Positions 17,569 through 26,987 of a stretch of 64,000 nucleotides of DNA are shown in pieces. The notes under the pieces are model-generated. The model saw nothing but the letters and a program-made list of their open reading frames with translations, did no database searches and had not been told where the DNA came from. The stretch comes from a virus: positions 1 to 64,000 of the IMG/VR virus record IMGVR_UViG_3300033233_000014. One strand, written 5' to 3'. A program made the translations under genes and the position numbers. Every line of letters begins with the position of its first letter. Positions within the stretch are counted from its first letter, which is position 1.

Positions 17569-19569
17569 CTACCGCCTCGCGACTTCCTCCTCGATGGTCG
17601 AGCCGCCGTCAAACAGGCCAAGCCGCACGACGATGAACTCGGCCGGCAGCAGCGGATTCACCCCCACCTCCACGTTCAGCCGCCCCTCGCGGATCTCGCT
17701 GGTGGGGTTCGTCTCCTCGTCGCACTTGACGAAGGCCGCCCGCTCGAACGTGCCGTCCGGCGAGAAGAGCTGGCCCCGGTCGAAGAGGCTCCGCAGGAAT
17801 TCCTGCACCGTGTCCCGGACGTTGGCCCAGGTGTTCGGCTCGTTCGGCTCGAAGAGCGCGAACCGGAGGCCTCGCCGCAGCGACTCCTTGACGAAGTTCA
17901 GCATGCGGCGCACGGGGACGTAGTGCCGCCCGTCCTTGAAGGACGTGAGCGTGCGGGCACCCATGATCCGGATGCCCTCACCGGGGAACGACCGGATGAC
18001 GTTGACGCCGGCCGGGTTCAGGAGATCCCACTCGCCGTCGGTCGTGTTGTGAGTGAGATCCAGCACGCCGCGCAGGACGATGTTCGCCGGCGCGACGTGG
18101 ATGCCCCGCTGCACGCCCACCTCGGCGTACTTGCCCTGGACGTGGCCCGACGGCGGCATGATGAACCGCCCGCCGCCGCTCACGCCCACGTTCGGATCGC
18201 GGGTGATCACCCACGGGTAGTAGAGCGCCGCGTAGGACGTGTCGAAGTTGGCCTCGATGTTGCGGAAGTCGAGGATCTCCTGGGGCTCGTCGTCAGCCAG
18301 CGGAGCGTCGAGCACCGCGATGAGCCGCCCGCTGCGATCCGCGAAGTCGGCCGCCGCCCGCTCCACCTCGACCGTCGTGATCCCGGGGATGGAGAAGAAG
18401 TTCAGCTCGGGCTGCGTACCGAGCAGGTTCATCCCGGTGAGCGGCGCCACGTCGGAGCCGATGAAGTCTGCATCCGTGACCGGCGCTCCCTCGGTGCCCC
18501 CGGCGAGCGGTGCGCTGACCACCGGCGCCGGCAGCGCCCGGGTGAGATCTGCCACCGCCGGAAAGAGGTCGATGACCGATACGATCTTCGCCTCGTTCGC
18601 CTCGCCACGGAGTCGCGTGCCGAAGTAGTCGCGCTCGTTCGTGGGCTCCATCGAGAGCCCCTCGAACGGCCCATCCCTGAGCTTGCCCTTCTCGAACACC
18701 CGCAGGACGAACTCCTGCGACACCGCGATCGTGGTGGTCGCAGCCAGCGTCGCCGCGCCCGAGATGAGGATCGGCGCGAACCGCACGATGCTGCCGTCGA
18801 TGCCCGTGACGACCGCGCTGCCGAAGTTGTTGCCGTCGTCGAAGTAGAGGCGCGCCCCGATGGACAGATTGACCGCCGTCCGGAGCGTCGCCTTGTCCTC
18901 GCCGTCCGTGAGCGGCGCCGCCAGGACCGTGTTCAGGCGGTGGTCCGAGGCGCTCTGGACGAGGCTGCCGATCGGGAAGACGAAGGCGCCGAGTCCCTGG
19001 AGCGGCCGAACCACCAGTTCCCGCGTCGCCACCAGGATGTTGTAGACGAATGCCTGGATCGTCGTGGCGGACGCCGGATCGGTGATCGTGATGAGGTCGC
19101 CCCGCTTGATGTTGCGGAGCGAGAAGACCGGGATCAGGACCGAGCCGGTGGTGACCGATGCCGCCGAGAGCGTCGTGCGCCAGACTTCGGTCGTGAGGGT
19201 GATGTTATTCCCCCACGCCCCAGGAGAGATGGCGTCGACGTCGAGGGCCGGGCTGCCCTCGTGGTTGACGAGCGTGCCCGATGCCACCAGCGCGCCAAGG
19301 CCGACCACGCGCACGACGAAGCAGCGCGTCCCGCCCTGGTCGAAGAACGCGCGCACCGACGGCTCGAGGTAGGAACCGTTGAAGAACTTACCGAGCCGCT
19401 CGGAGAACTGGGTGAGGTTGGTGATGAGATCGGCGCGGTCGGTGGAGCCCTTCTCCGCCACGCCGACGAAGCCGCCCGTGTTGACGCCGACACCGATGAC
19501 GCGGGGGATACCCCGCTCCTCGATGACGAAAACGTCAGGATGGAGAGTCTCGATCCCAGCGAGTGCCAT
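17569..19569 (-). CDS. Tail sheath protein
   Basis: HPDVFVIE, YAALYYPW, PPSGH, APAN, LNPAGVNVIR, GARTL, YVPVRR, FEPN, PAEFIV. Confidence 0.96.
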   Translation of the reverse strand: MALAGIETLHPDVFVIEERGIPRVIGVGVNTGGFVGVAEKGSTDRADLITNLTQFSERLGKFFNGSYLEPSVRAFFDQGGTRCFVVRVVGLGALVASGTLVNHEGSPALDVDAISPGAWGNNITLTTEVWRTTLSAASVTTGSVLIPVFSLRNIKRGDLITITDPASATTIQAFVYNILVATRELVVRPLQGLGAFVFPIGSLVQSASDHRLNTVLAAPLTDGEDKATLRTAVNLSIGARLYFDDGNNFGSAVVTGIDGSIVRFAPILISGAATLAATTTIAVSQEFVLRVFEKGKLRDGPFEGLSMEPTNERDYFGTRLRGEANEAKIVSVIDLFPAVADLTRALPAPVVSAPLAGGTEGAPVTDADFIGSDVAPLTGMNLLGTQPELNFFSIPGITTVEVERAAADFADRSGRLIAVLDAPLADDEPQEILDFRNIEANFDTSYAALYYPWVITRDPNVGVSGGGRFIMPPSGHVQGKYAEVGVQRGIHVAPANIVLRGVLDLTHNTTDGEWDLLNPAGVNVIRSFPGEGIRIMGARTLTSFKDGRHYVPVRRMLNFVKESLRRGLRFALFEPNEPNTWANVRDTVQEFLRSLFDRGQLFSPDGTFERAAFVKCDEETNPTSEIREGRLNVEVGVNPLLPAEFIVVRLGLFDGGSTIEEEVARR

Positions 19570-19590
19570 GTGAGCCTCCTGCGCGCTGGG

Positions 19591-19827
19591 CTAGCGGCCC
19601 AGCTCCTGCTCGCGCTTCTTGCGGCGCTCACCTGCCGCCGTGACATCCACCAGCAACCTGGCGTCCAGGAGCTTCTGCACTTCCCGGCTCTTGAACTGCT
19701 CCTCCGTCACCTCCCGCTGTTCGCGGGGCGAAAGGAGCAGGCTCTCGCGCTTCCCCCCGGCCATCGTGTCGAGGTTCATCGCCCGCATGCCCTGGCTGAC
19801 GTTCATAAGCGTGCGACTCGAACCCAT
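19591..19827 (-). CDS. Small pre-sheath protein
   Basis: GGAGG RBS; fills the gap before the sheath gene. Confidence 0.6.
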   Translation of the reverse strand: MGSSRTLMNVSQGMRAMNLDTMAGGKRESLLLSPREQREVTEEQFKSREVQKLLDARLLVDVTAAGERRKKREQELGR

Positions 19828-19847
19828 GCTGACCTCCTGGGGGCGCC

Positions 19848-21233
19848 CTAGCCGGGCGCGGCCTCCACGTCCATCTGCTCACGATACACATTTCGCAGGT
19901 GTGGGGGAAGATTCAAGTTGCAGGTGAACTCCGCCCCCACCTGCATGACGACCTTCTCGACCAGCGGCACCTCGGTGGCGGCCTTGAGCCAGACCTTGCC
20001 CAGGATCTTCAGGGTGACGTTGCCGACGAAGAGCCCCTTGGCGACCTGGTCCTCCGCCACCTGGGCCGTCTGCGACATCACGCAGTAGTGATCCCCGATC
20101 GCCACCGAGGTGAAGACGTCTCCCTTGTCGAGGATGCGCGAAAGGGCGTCCTTCATCAGCAGCGCCTCGTGCTTGAGCGAGGATTGCACTCGGACCGAGC
20201 AGAACAGCAGGTAGGGCACCCGCGGGGGCCGGATCCGGGCCACCCGGCGCGCGATCGACTTCTCGACCGCCTGCTGCTCCGTGCGGATCAGCCCATACTG
20301 CTCGAGCCTGTCGAACGTGATGACGACCGAGGGAATCTTCGAGAGCTGGAAGAACTCTTCGGCCCCGATGAAGACTTCGGGGATCCCGACGAAGTTGATC
20401 TCGACCTTCCCCGTCTGGGCGCCCAGGAAGGTGATCGTCCGATTCCCCACCCCGCCGAGGCTGCCGAAGAGGTTCTGGTTCCGATTCGGATCGGTGGTGA
20501 GGTTGTAGACCGTGATCGGCTCCGCCACCGTCACGTCGTAGCCCAACTCGCTCGGCTGCACCGACGGATCGCTGCTGCTGGTCGGGATGGTGACGCTGGT
20601 CCCGCCCGTGAGTTCGGCGATGAAGACCTTCGGGAGCCGGATGGCTCCATCCACGTACCGCTTGAGCGAGCGCGTCACGTCCTCGTAGAGGTTGAGCCGG
20701 CTCTCGTAGCAGATGCCCGTAGTCCGCAGGAGAGGCCGCTGCCGGCCGCTCGCCCCCGGCGTGAGCCGCACCCGGATCCGGATCTGCCGAGGCAGCGTCA
20801 GCGTGGGGAAGGCGGGGATGTGCTTATCCACGGTGTCCAGGTCGTTGTAGACGCCATCGAGAACGCCCACCGCCGGCACCCAGGCGCTCGAACCATCATC
20901 CCAGAGCAGCCACGTCGTGCCCCCGTCGTTGGAGAGCTGGTAGCCGATCCTGGCCCGATCCAGCGGATCCTGCCCCTCGATGAAGGGCTCGATGGCCTCA
21001 AGCACGTCGAAGCTGAACAACTCGGCCAAGCCCTCGAGCGACCAGTTCGGCAGCTCCACGACCGTCTCCCGGTACTTCCCCGCGGAGGAGAAGGACGTCT
21101 CCGCCTGGTTCAATCTCCGGAGCGTCAGGCCGAACTGAGGATGCACGAAGGCGCGCTCGACGGTGGCCGGCAGCATCGGCGCCTCGAAGATGAGATTGCG
21201 GCCGGTGGTGAAGGGATCGGTGCGGGCAGGCAC
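19848..21233 (-). CDS. Neck / tail-terminator-region structural protein
   Basis: Position in neck module; packed ORF. Confidence 0.55.
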   Translation of the reverse strand: MPARTDPFTTGRNLIFEAPMLPATVERAFVHPQFGLTLRRLNQAETSFSSAGKYRETVVELPNWSLEGLAELFSFDVLEAIEPFIEGQDPLDRARIGYQLSNDGGTTWLLWDDGSSAWVPAVGVLDGVYNDLDTVDKHIPAFPTLTLPRQIRIRVRLTPGASGRQRPLLRTTGICYESRLNLYEDVTRSLKRYVDGAIRLPKVFIAELTGGTSVTIPTSSSDPSVQPSELGYDVTVAEPITVYNLTTDPNRNQNLFGSLGGVGNRTITFLGAQTGKVEINFVGIPEVFIGAEEFFQLSKIPSVVITFDRLEQYGLIRTEQQAVEKSIARRVARIRPPRVPYLLFCSVRVQSSLKHEALLMKDALSRILDKGDVFTSVAIGDHYCVMSQTAQVAEDQVAKGLFVGNVTLKILGKVWLKAATEVPLVEKVVMQVGAEFTCNLNLPPHLRNVYREQMDVEAAPG

Positions 21234-21793
21234 TACTTCAACTCCCGCGCCAGGATGTCCCCCAGCGCCGGCAGCACCTTCGCTGCGTACTTCTCCGTCT
21301 CCTCTGCCGCCGGGCCGAACCACGGCCGCGGCGGGACGACGATGAAGCGCGTGTCGGTACGAAGCGGGAAGCCCTTGAACGCGAAGAACGCCCGCATCTC
21401 CGGCGACACCGGGATGGTCGCTCCATGCTCATGGACGGCCCCGATGACCGCCAAGTCCTCGCCTCCGGGGCCCGTCGCGCCCTCCGGCAGCCCGGCGAAC
21501 CACGCCTTCCCTTCGTTCCAGGCTTTCATGGCCCGAATGAACGTGCCGGTGTCGACGAGTGGCCGGTCATTGCCCTTGATCGCCTTGGTGATCGCGCTCA
21601 ACTCAGACCATCCCGACCGCCGCCGCTGGATGCCCGCGAGCAGGAAGTCCAGTCCCTGCTCGGCTACGTGCTTGAGCGTCTCCTGGGTCTTCGGCCCGTT
21701 GAGCAGCGCTTCCGGCTTCTCCAGCGCCTTGATGAGGTGCCGCAGTTGCTTCTTCGCCGCCGGCTTGAAGTCGATCTTCAGGAAGCGGGCCAT
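21233..21793 (-). CDS. Tail completion / virion morphogenesis protein
   Basis: W..LS..T...KG..RPLVDTG, AVHEHG, VPPRPW. Confidence 0.75.
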   Translation of the reverse strand: MARFLKIDFKPAAKKQLRHLIKALEKPEALLNGPKTQETLKHVAEQGLDFLLAGIQRRRSGWSELSAITKAIKGNDRPLVDTGTFIRAMKAWNEGKAWFAGLPEGATGPGGEDLAVIGAVHEHGATIPVSPEMRAFFAFKGFPLRTDTRFIVVPPRPWFGPAAEETEKYAAKVLPALGDILARELK

Positions 21794-21795
21794 CG

Positions 21796-22248
21796 CTAGA
21801 TGCTGCCCAACTGCTTCGCCTGCTTCTCGCAATCACAATGCAGCAGGATCGGCACAGCGAAGTGCTTCTGCCGGTTCCCGCCGAAGGCCGACGCCTTCAC
21901 CGCCTTGATGACGTTCCAGTCCGCCGGGATGCCGTTGACGGAGACGATCCGATCCCCCTTCTTGATGAGGAAGCCCGGCGCGATCTTGGCGAGTTCCCAG
22001 AACCGGAAGACGAAGTGGACGGTGCTCGGCAACGCGTCCCCCGTCCGCGTCCGCTCGAGCTGGAACGTGCGCTCGAGGGCGACCACCTGGCCGATCACGA
22101 TGACCGGCGGGTCATAGATGCGGTTCTGCCGCGCCTCGCGGAAGTCCACGTCGCGCGGCGTCTGGTCGAGGCGCAGCACCCGGACGCCCACCAGCACCCG
22201 GTTGATGTAGACCGGCGCGCCCTTGGTGTAGGGGCCGAAGAAGCCCAC
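21796..22248 (-). CDS. Head-closure-like protein
   Basis: Position; IKKGDRIV motif. Confidence 0.55.
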   Translation of the reverse strand: MGFFGPYTKGAPVYINRVLVGVRVLRLDQTPRDVDFREARQNRIYDPPVIVIGQVVALERTFQLERTRTGDALPSTVHFVFRFWELAKIAPGFLIKKGDRIVSVNGIPADWNVIKAVKASAFGGNRQKHFAVPILLHCDCEKQAKQLGSI

Positions 22249-23204
22249 TAGGCGTATCCCACGTACATCGCCGGCGTCGAGTATTGCTGCAGGATGTCGT
22301 CGACCTCGGCGTTCCCCGACGTCCACGAACCGCCCGCATGGCTGTGGATCGCCTTCATCGGGGTGAGGCTGTACGAGTAGCCCTCGACCGACTCCGAGTT
22401 GAGCCGCGTCCCGATCCCGAAGGGCGACTCGGCGGTGTCGATGTCCCCGATCTTCTGCACCCGATCCCGCACCATGAGCAGGCACGCCCGCTGGATGTCG
22501 TCGATCACCCGCCCGTACTTCACCACCGGCGCCCCGGCCGGGACGTCGGCGTCCGGCGGCACCAGGCCCGGATCGAAGGCGAGCGTGTGCGGCGCGCCCG
22601 AGGTGTCCACGGCCTCGACGATGGCGTGGAACGACTTCGGTTCCGGCTCCGCTCCGATCAGGATCGTGTCGCCCACCCGGATCTTCGTGGCGTCCACCAC
22701 CGAGATCGGGCTGGTGATCGATGACGCCGGGAGCGCCAGCGTCGTCCGCCGCGCCACGAAGTCGTCGGCGAGCCAGCCGAAGGCGCCGTCCAGGATGATG
22801 AAGTGCGGGTACTCCGGCAGGCGGACGTTCCGCGTGACCATCATCACGTACCGCTGCTTCACCTGGTACGCAACCGAGGGATAGGTGAGCGAGATGAGGC
22901 CCGTGCGCTCCGCCCGGAGCGAGAACAACTCGAGGATCGGGATCAGGTTCGGCATCCGGGCCACGCTGCTCCGGGAGCCATCCACCTTCTCCCGCAGGCG
23001 GATCGGCAGGAACCATTGGTCGGTGAGCCGGTTGATCTTGTGGCTCATGTCCCGGATGAGCCCCCGCAGCCGGTCGTCGTCCACCCCGAACAGCGGGTCG
23101 GCGACCTCGTCCTTGATCCCTGCCGCCCGCGCCTGGGGCACGGTGACGTAGGCGAAGACCGTCTGCAGCGCCCCTGCGTAACTCGAACCGAAGCCCTCGG
23201 GCAT
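22248..23204 (-). CDS. Head-tail adaptor
   Basis: AYVTV...KYG.V..DIQRAC...SESVEGYSYS...VD.IL..Y. Confidence 0.75.
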   Translation of the reverse strand: MPEGFGSSYAGALQTVFAYVTVPQARAAGIKDEVADPLFGVDDDRLRGLIRDMSHKINRLTDQWFLPIRLREKVDGSRSSVARMPNLIPILELFSLRAERTGLISLTYPSVAYQVKQRYVMMVTRNVRLPEYPHFIILDGAFGWLADDFVARRTTLALPASSITSPISVVDATKIRVGDTILIGAEPEPKSFHAIVEAVDTSGAPHTLAFDPGLVPPDADVPAGAPVVKYGRVIDDIQRACLLMVRDRVQKIGDIDTAESPFGIGTRLNSESVEGYSYSLTPMKAIHSHAGGSWTSGNAEVDDILQQYSTPAMYVGYA

Positions 23205-23205
23205 G

Positions 23206-23601
23206 CTACATCCTCCCGCCCGGGAAGAGCCGCGTCCGCGAGGTGTGGTAGAAGAGCCACGGGTCCGAGAGATCCTCCGTGGCCCGCCGCCATTCGGAGG
23301 TGGTCACGCCGACCTGGTCGGACCGGAACTTCTTCGGGTCGATCATCGACTGGCGCTGCGTCAGGTCGACCGGCGGGAACGGCCCGATGGGGTTCCCGTC
23401 GGCATCCGATTCCCGGAAGAGGTACACGCCGCTCTCCGGCGTGCCCATGAGCAGGAAGATCTGCGCGTCCCGCTCGTCGTTGACCCGCGTGACGTGCGGC
23501 CCGCCTGGCACTTCGGCCCCGGCGAACGTGTAGGCCAGCCCCGAGGACGGGCCTCGGTACTGCCGCACTCCGCCGAAGCGGAAAGTGAAGAACCGCGCCA
23601 C
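23206..23601 (-). CDS. Hypothetical protein
   Basis: GTG start 6 nt after a -10-like CAAGAT. Confidence 0.5.
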   Translation of the reverse strand: MARFFTFRFGGVRQYRGPSSGLAYTFAGAEVPGGPHVTRVNDERDAQIFLLMGTPESGVYLFRESDADGNPIGPFPPVDLTQRQSMIDPKKFRSDQVGVTTSEWRRATEDLSDPWLFYHTSRTRLFPGGRM

Positions 23602-23607
23602 GGCTCC

Positions 23608-23636
23608 ATCTTGGCAGAATCCCTCGAGCCGGGCAA
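23608..23636 (-). promoter_or_regulatory. Candidate promoter TTGCCC-17-CAAGAT
   Basis: 17-nt spacing; directly after the capsid terminator. Confidence 0.4.
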
Positions 23637-23643
23637 GGACAAC

Positions 23644-23664
23644 GACTGCAGACCGTCTGCAGTC
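23644..23664. repeat. 21-bp palindrome copy 2
   Basis: Identical to copy 1; between terminator and promoter. Confidence 0.85.
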
Positions 23665-23665
23665 G

Positions 23666-23703
23666 AAAAAGAAAGAGCCCCGTCGACCATCGACGGGGCT
23701 CTT
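23666..23703 (-). terminator. Rho-independent terminator after the capsid gene
   Basis: AAGAGCCCCGTCGA-TGG-TCGACGGGGCTCTT followed by TCTTTTT. Confidence 0.9.
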
Positions 23704-23729
23704 GTGAAGGAGAAGGGCTGGGGATCGCG

Positions 23730-25127
23730 CTAGACGATGAGCGTCCGGCGCCGGAGGTTCTTGCACTTGACCACCGCGTCCACGTTCTCGACCTGGGCGT
23801 CGATCTGGTTGTAGACGATGGTCTCGATCTGGTCGGTGTTCTTGTTGAACTCCGTGAAGATGCGGGTGCCGTCGAGGATGCCCGCGATGAAGTTCTTCGG
23901 GTTCGCCAGCCAGATGAACGAGCCCTCGAACACCGTGTTCGACGTGCCCGACGCCGCGCCCGTCTTGGTGACGTCCGCCGCCGGGAACGGATCGAACACG
24001 CCCGCGGGGCCCAGGAGCCCGAGGGTCGTGTAGGCCTGGGAGGCCGCCGCGACCGGCATGAGGGTGATGCTCGACGCCGCGCCCGTGCTCGGGCTCTCGA
24101 AGAGCAGCCGTCCCTCACGGTCGTCCCGCGCCACGTCCACCGTGAGCGTGGGGATGGCCGCCTTGAGCGCGGCGTTGATCTGCCGCGCCACCTCGACGGC
24201 GTTGAGCGTGCCGTGCGTGAGCACGATGGTCACGCCCGCCGCCGGGAGGGCATCCACCTTCAGCTTGATGGTGTCGTTCGCGCTGGTGATCACGAACGGC
24301 GCGAACTCGGCCCCGAGGAACTCGGCCCGGGTCGCCGCCGTGATCGTGATCGGCGCGTCGTCCGGGATCAGCGGCACGCGGATCATCGGCGTGCCGAGCG
24401 GCGCCATCTCGGCGCCCTGGAGCGCCGCGTCGCCGAGGATCGTGCCACGGTCGCTGACCACGTCCGCCCAGTCCGTCGCGATGGCATCCCCGACCAGCCA
24501 CCGCAGGCCCGGGTCGTTCTTGTACTGCTTGGGGATCTGCCGCTTCATCTGGCTGAAGATCCCCTTCTGGATGCTCGCACCCTTCACGTCGACGATGTGC
24601 GCGCTGTCGGTCTGGCGGTCCCAGCCGTTGAACCGGCGGAGCAGCCGGTCCCGCGCCGTGGCGCCGACCGTCGCCGTGTCGCCGTTGATGTGCAGATCCT
24701 CGAGGTCGGTGGCGATGCGCTCGACCATCGTGTTCATGATGGTCTGCTCGAAGTCGTTCTGCTCGATGTTGCCCTGCAGCGCCTCGGTCGTGATGTTCCA
24801 GGCGCTGCGCACCTTCTGCGCCCGGAGCACGATGCGCTGGAACTTCGCCCGGCTCAGGTTGCCGGTGTCGGTCGCCTCGTCCACGCTCTCGGTGACGGGC
24901 TCCCCGATCCACAACTTGTCGATGTCCATCAGCGGCCGGGGCATCCGGATGAACCGGCTGATGGGCAGCATCACGCTGAACTTCTTGACCAGCGTGACGA
25001 ACTGGGTCTGCTGCAGCGGGTTGAGCAACCCGCCCGAGAGCAGGTCCGAGGTGGCGATCGTCTTCTCGATCAGCTCCTCGTTGATGTCCTGCCGGTGCGA
25101 CCGCGTGGCTACTGCGTCCATGTGCAT
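23730..25127 (-). CDS. Major capsid protein (HK97 fold) with internal insertion
   Basis: GGLLNPLQQTQFV, NIEQ..FE.T, IATDLEDL..NGD, PKQYK; follows protease-scaffold. Confidence 0.92.
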   Translation of the reverse strand: MHMDAVATRSHRQDINEELIEKTIATSDLLSGGLLNPLQQTQFVTLVKKFSVMLPISRFIRMPRPLMDIDKLWIGEPVTESVDEATDTGNLSRAKFQRIVLRAQKVRSAWNITTEALQGNIEQNDFEQTIMNTMVERIATDLEDLHINGDTATVGATARDRLLRRFNGWDRQTDSAHIVDVKGASIQKGIFSQMKRQIPKQYKNDPGLRWLVGDAIATDWADVVSDRGTILGDAALQGAEMAPLGTPMIRVPLIPDDAPITITAATRAEFLGAEFAPFVITSANDTIKLKVDALPAAGVTIVLTHGTLNAVEVARQINAALKAAIPTLTVDVARDDREGRLLFESPSTGAASSITLMPVAAASQAYTTLGLLGPAGVFDPFPAADVTKTGAASGTSNTVFEGSFIWLANPKNFIAGILDGTRIFTEFNKNTDQIETIVYNQIDAQVENVDAVVKCKNLRRRTLIV

Positions 25128-25157
25128 GCTCCTTCAAGGCCGCCGCGAAGGCGGCGG

Positions 25158-26987
25158 TTAGTACTTGCCGGTGGCCTCTGCCGCGGGCTTGCTCCACAGG
25201 CCGCCCCACACGCTTCCCGCCTGCCGGGGGACTCCAACCGTGGAGTCCGCTTCTCCGCGCGGGCCGCTCTGGCTCACGCCGCCTGCCTTCTCGACCCGGC
25301 GCATCCGACCCTCGAAGCGACCCTCGAGGTCGGCGAACCGGCTGGAGAGATCGTTCAGCACGCTCCCGAACCCGCCGATCTGCTTCTCGATGGCGCCCTC
25401 GCGCTCCGCCTGCTGCTGGAGCACCTTCTCGACCGCCGCGACGACCACCTGCTCGGTGAACGCCTGCTGCTTCTCGATGATGCCCGCGTCCCGCTCCCCG
25501 AGCGCCTTCTCGAGCATCTCGGCGGTGATGACGGGGACGCCACCAACGGCGAGCGTCTTGCCGAACTTGTCGTTCTCGCCCTGCTTGGGCAGCCGGTCCG
25601 CGTCGGCGACGGCCGCCTTCGTGGTCGCGAGGGCTTCCTTGGCCGTGCCCGCCGTCACCGGGATCTCGCCGCCAACCTGGATGTTGCGGCGCGCGTCGGT
25701 GACGCCCGATCCGCCGACGTCCGTGGAGTCGCCCGCCGGCGCCTTGTCGGGCGCGTAGCCGGCCCCCTTGGCTGCGGAGAGGTCGCGCGGCGCGAACACC
25801 TCGTCCGTTACGCCGGCGCCGCCCGTTTCGCCCTTGCCGGCCTGTGCGCCCGTGAGCGTCTTGCCGACCACGTCGTGCAGCGTCTTGAGCGCGCTGCGCA
25901 GCGCCTCCTCGACGTCCTTCGACAGCGTCGACTGGCTCTTCGCCAGGAGCACCGCGACGTCGTTGGCGAGATCCTGGAGGCTCTCGCCGCCGCTCTTCGC
26001 GGCGGTCTGCCCGTGCTTCTTCGCCTCCGGTTCGAACTTCTTCTGCTCGGGCATCGCCTTGGGCTCCTTCGGCGCGGCCGACGCCTTCTCGATGGCCGGA
26101 GCACCCGCGCTCGGAACCGCTGTCACGACCGTCTGCTTCTCCATCGGCGTCTCCTTCTCTGCCGGGGTCTCCTCGGCGGTGGGCGTCTCCTCGGCGGTGG
26201 GCGTTGCCGGACTCATACGACGCGCCATCTTGCCGATGTTCGCCAGGAAGGTGGCTCCCACGCGGACGTCATCGAGCTGGGTGTCCATGTTAGGTCGGGG
26301 CGCATTCTCCACGGCGGCCTGTGCCTTGGCAAGGGCCTCTTGGCCCCAATTCCATCCGGCCTTCGTCGCCTCGTCAAGGGACTTCGCGATGGCCTCGACG
26401 AACGAGGTCCGGGGATTGGCGGCCTGCTTCTCCCGAGTGGAGGCGATGTGGTCGAGTTCCAGGTCGTTGATCGTGCGGCTGAGCCCGCCTTGCGTCATCT
26501 CGATGGTGATCGCGTCCCGGTTCTTGAGGTTCAGCTTCCCGCCGATGGAGAGTTGCTTGCTGCAATTCCCGCTCGACACCTCGCGGAACAGGTCGCGCGC
26601 CTGCGGGTACTCGCCGTTCAACTCGATCTCGGCCACGAACTGCCGCAGCGGACGCCCATTGGCATCCGTGGTCTGGATGACCCGCCCGTCGACCGTCTTC
26701 CCGAAGCCGAAGACCGAGCGGTGCGTCTCGAGGAACGGCACCCCCGCCTTCGCCATCGCGGCCATCTTGTCGAGCGCAACCTGGCTCATCCGGTCCCGCT
26801 GCAGGTCCAGTTGGTCGTCGCTGGCGACGGCGCGGACGAACATCTTGCCGGTCTGCGGATCCTGCCACGCCTTGTCGACCACGGCCCCGAACTCGAAGCG
26901 GAGGTTGGTGGGATCGAAGACCATCGGCGCCTCGACCGCGCCAGACTTCACGACGGGCACGATGATCGCGAGGTCACTTTGAGCCAT
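25158..26987 (-). CDS. Prohead protease fused to scaffold
   Basis: AVASDDQLDLQRDRM, H, LSIGG, LDHIAST...ANPRT; long low-complexity C-terminus. Confidence 0.85.
   Translation of the reverse strand: MAQSDLAIIVPVVKSGAVEAPMVFDPTNLRFEFGAVVDKAWQDPQTGKMFVRAVASDDQLDLQRDRMSQVALDKMAAMAKAGVPFLETHRSVFGFGKTVDGRVIQTTDANGRPLRQFVAEIELNGEYPQARDLFREVSSGNCSKQLSIGGKLNLKNRDAITIEMTQGGLSRTINDLELDHIASTREKQAANPRTSFVEAIAKSLDEATKAGWNWGQEALAKAQAAVENAPRPNMDTQLDDVRVGATFLANIGKMARRMSPATPTAEETPTAEETPAEKETPMEKQTVVTAVPSAGAPAIEKASAAPKEPKAMPEQKKFEPEAKKHGQTAAKSGGESLQDLANDVAVLLAKSQSTLSKDVEEALRSALKTLHDVVGKTLTGAQAGKGETGGAGVTDEVFAPRDLSAAKGAGYAPDKAPAGDSTDVGGSGVTDARRNIQVGGEIPVTAGTAKEALATTKAAVADADRLPKQGENDKFGKTLAVGGVPVITAEMLEKALGERDAGIIEKQQAFTEQVVVAAVEKVLQQQAEREGAIEKQIGGFGSVLNDLSSRFADLEGRFEGRMRRVEKAGGVSQSGPRGEADSTVGVPRQAGSVWGGLWSKPAAEATGKY

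Noticed and set aside
5486-19569. Stand-alone eCIS or tailocin locus
   Set aside because: Terminase, portal, protease and capsid genes are contiguous with the tail genes.
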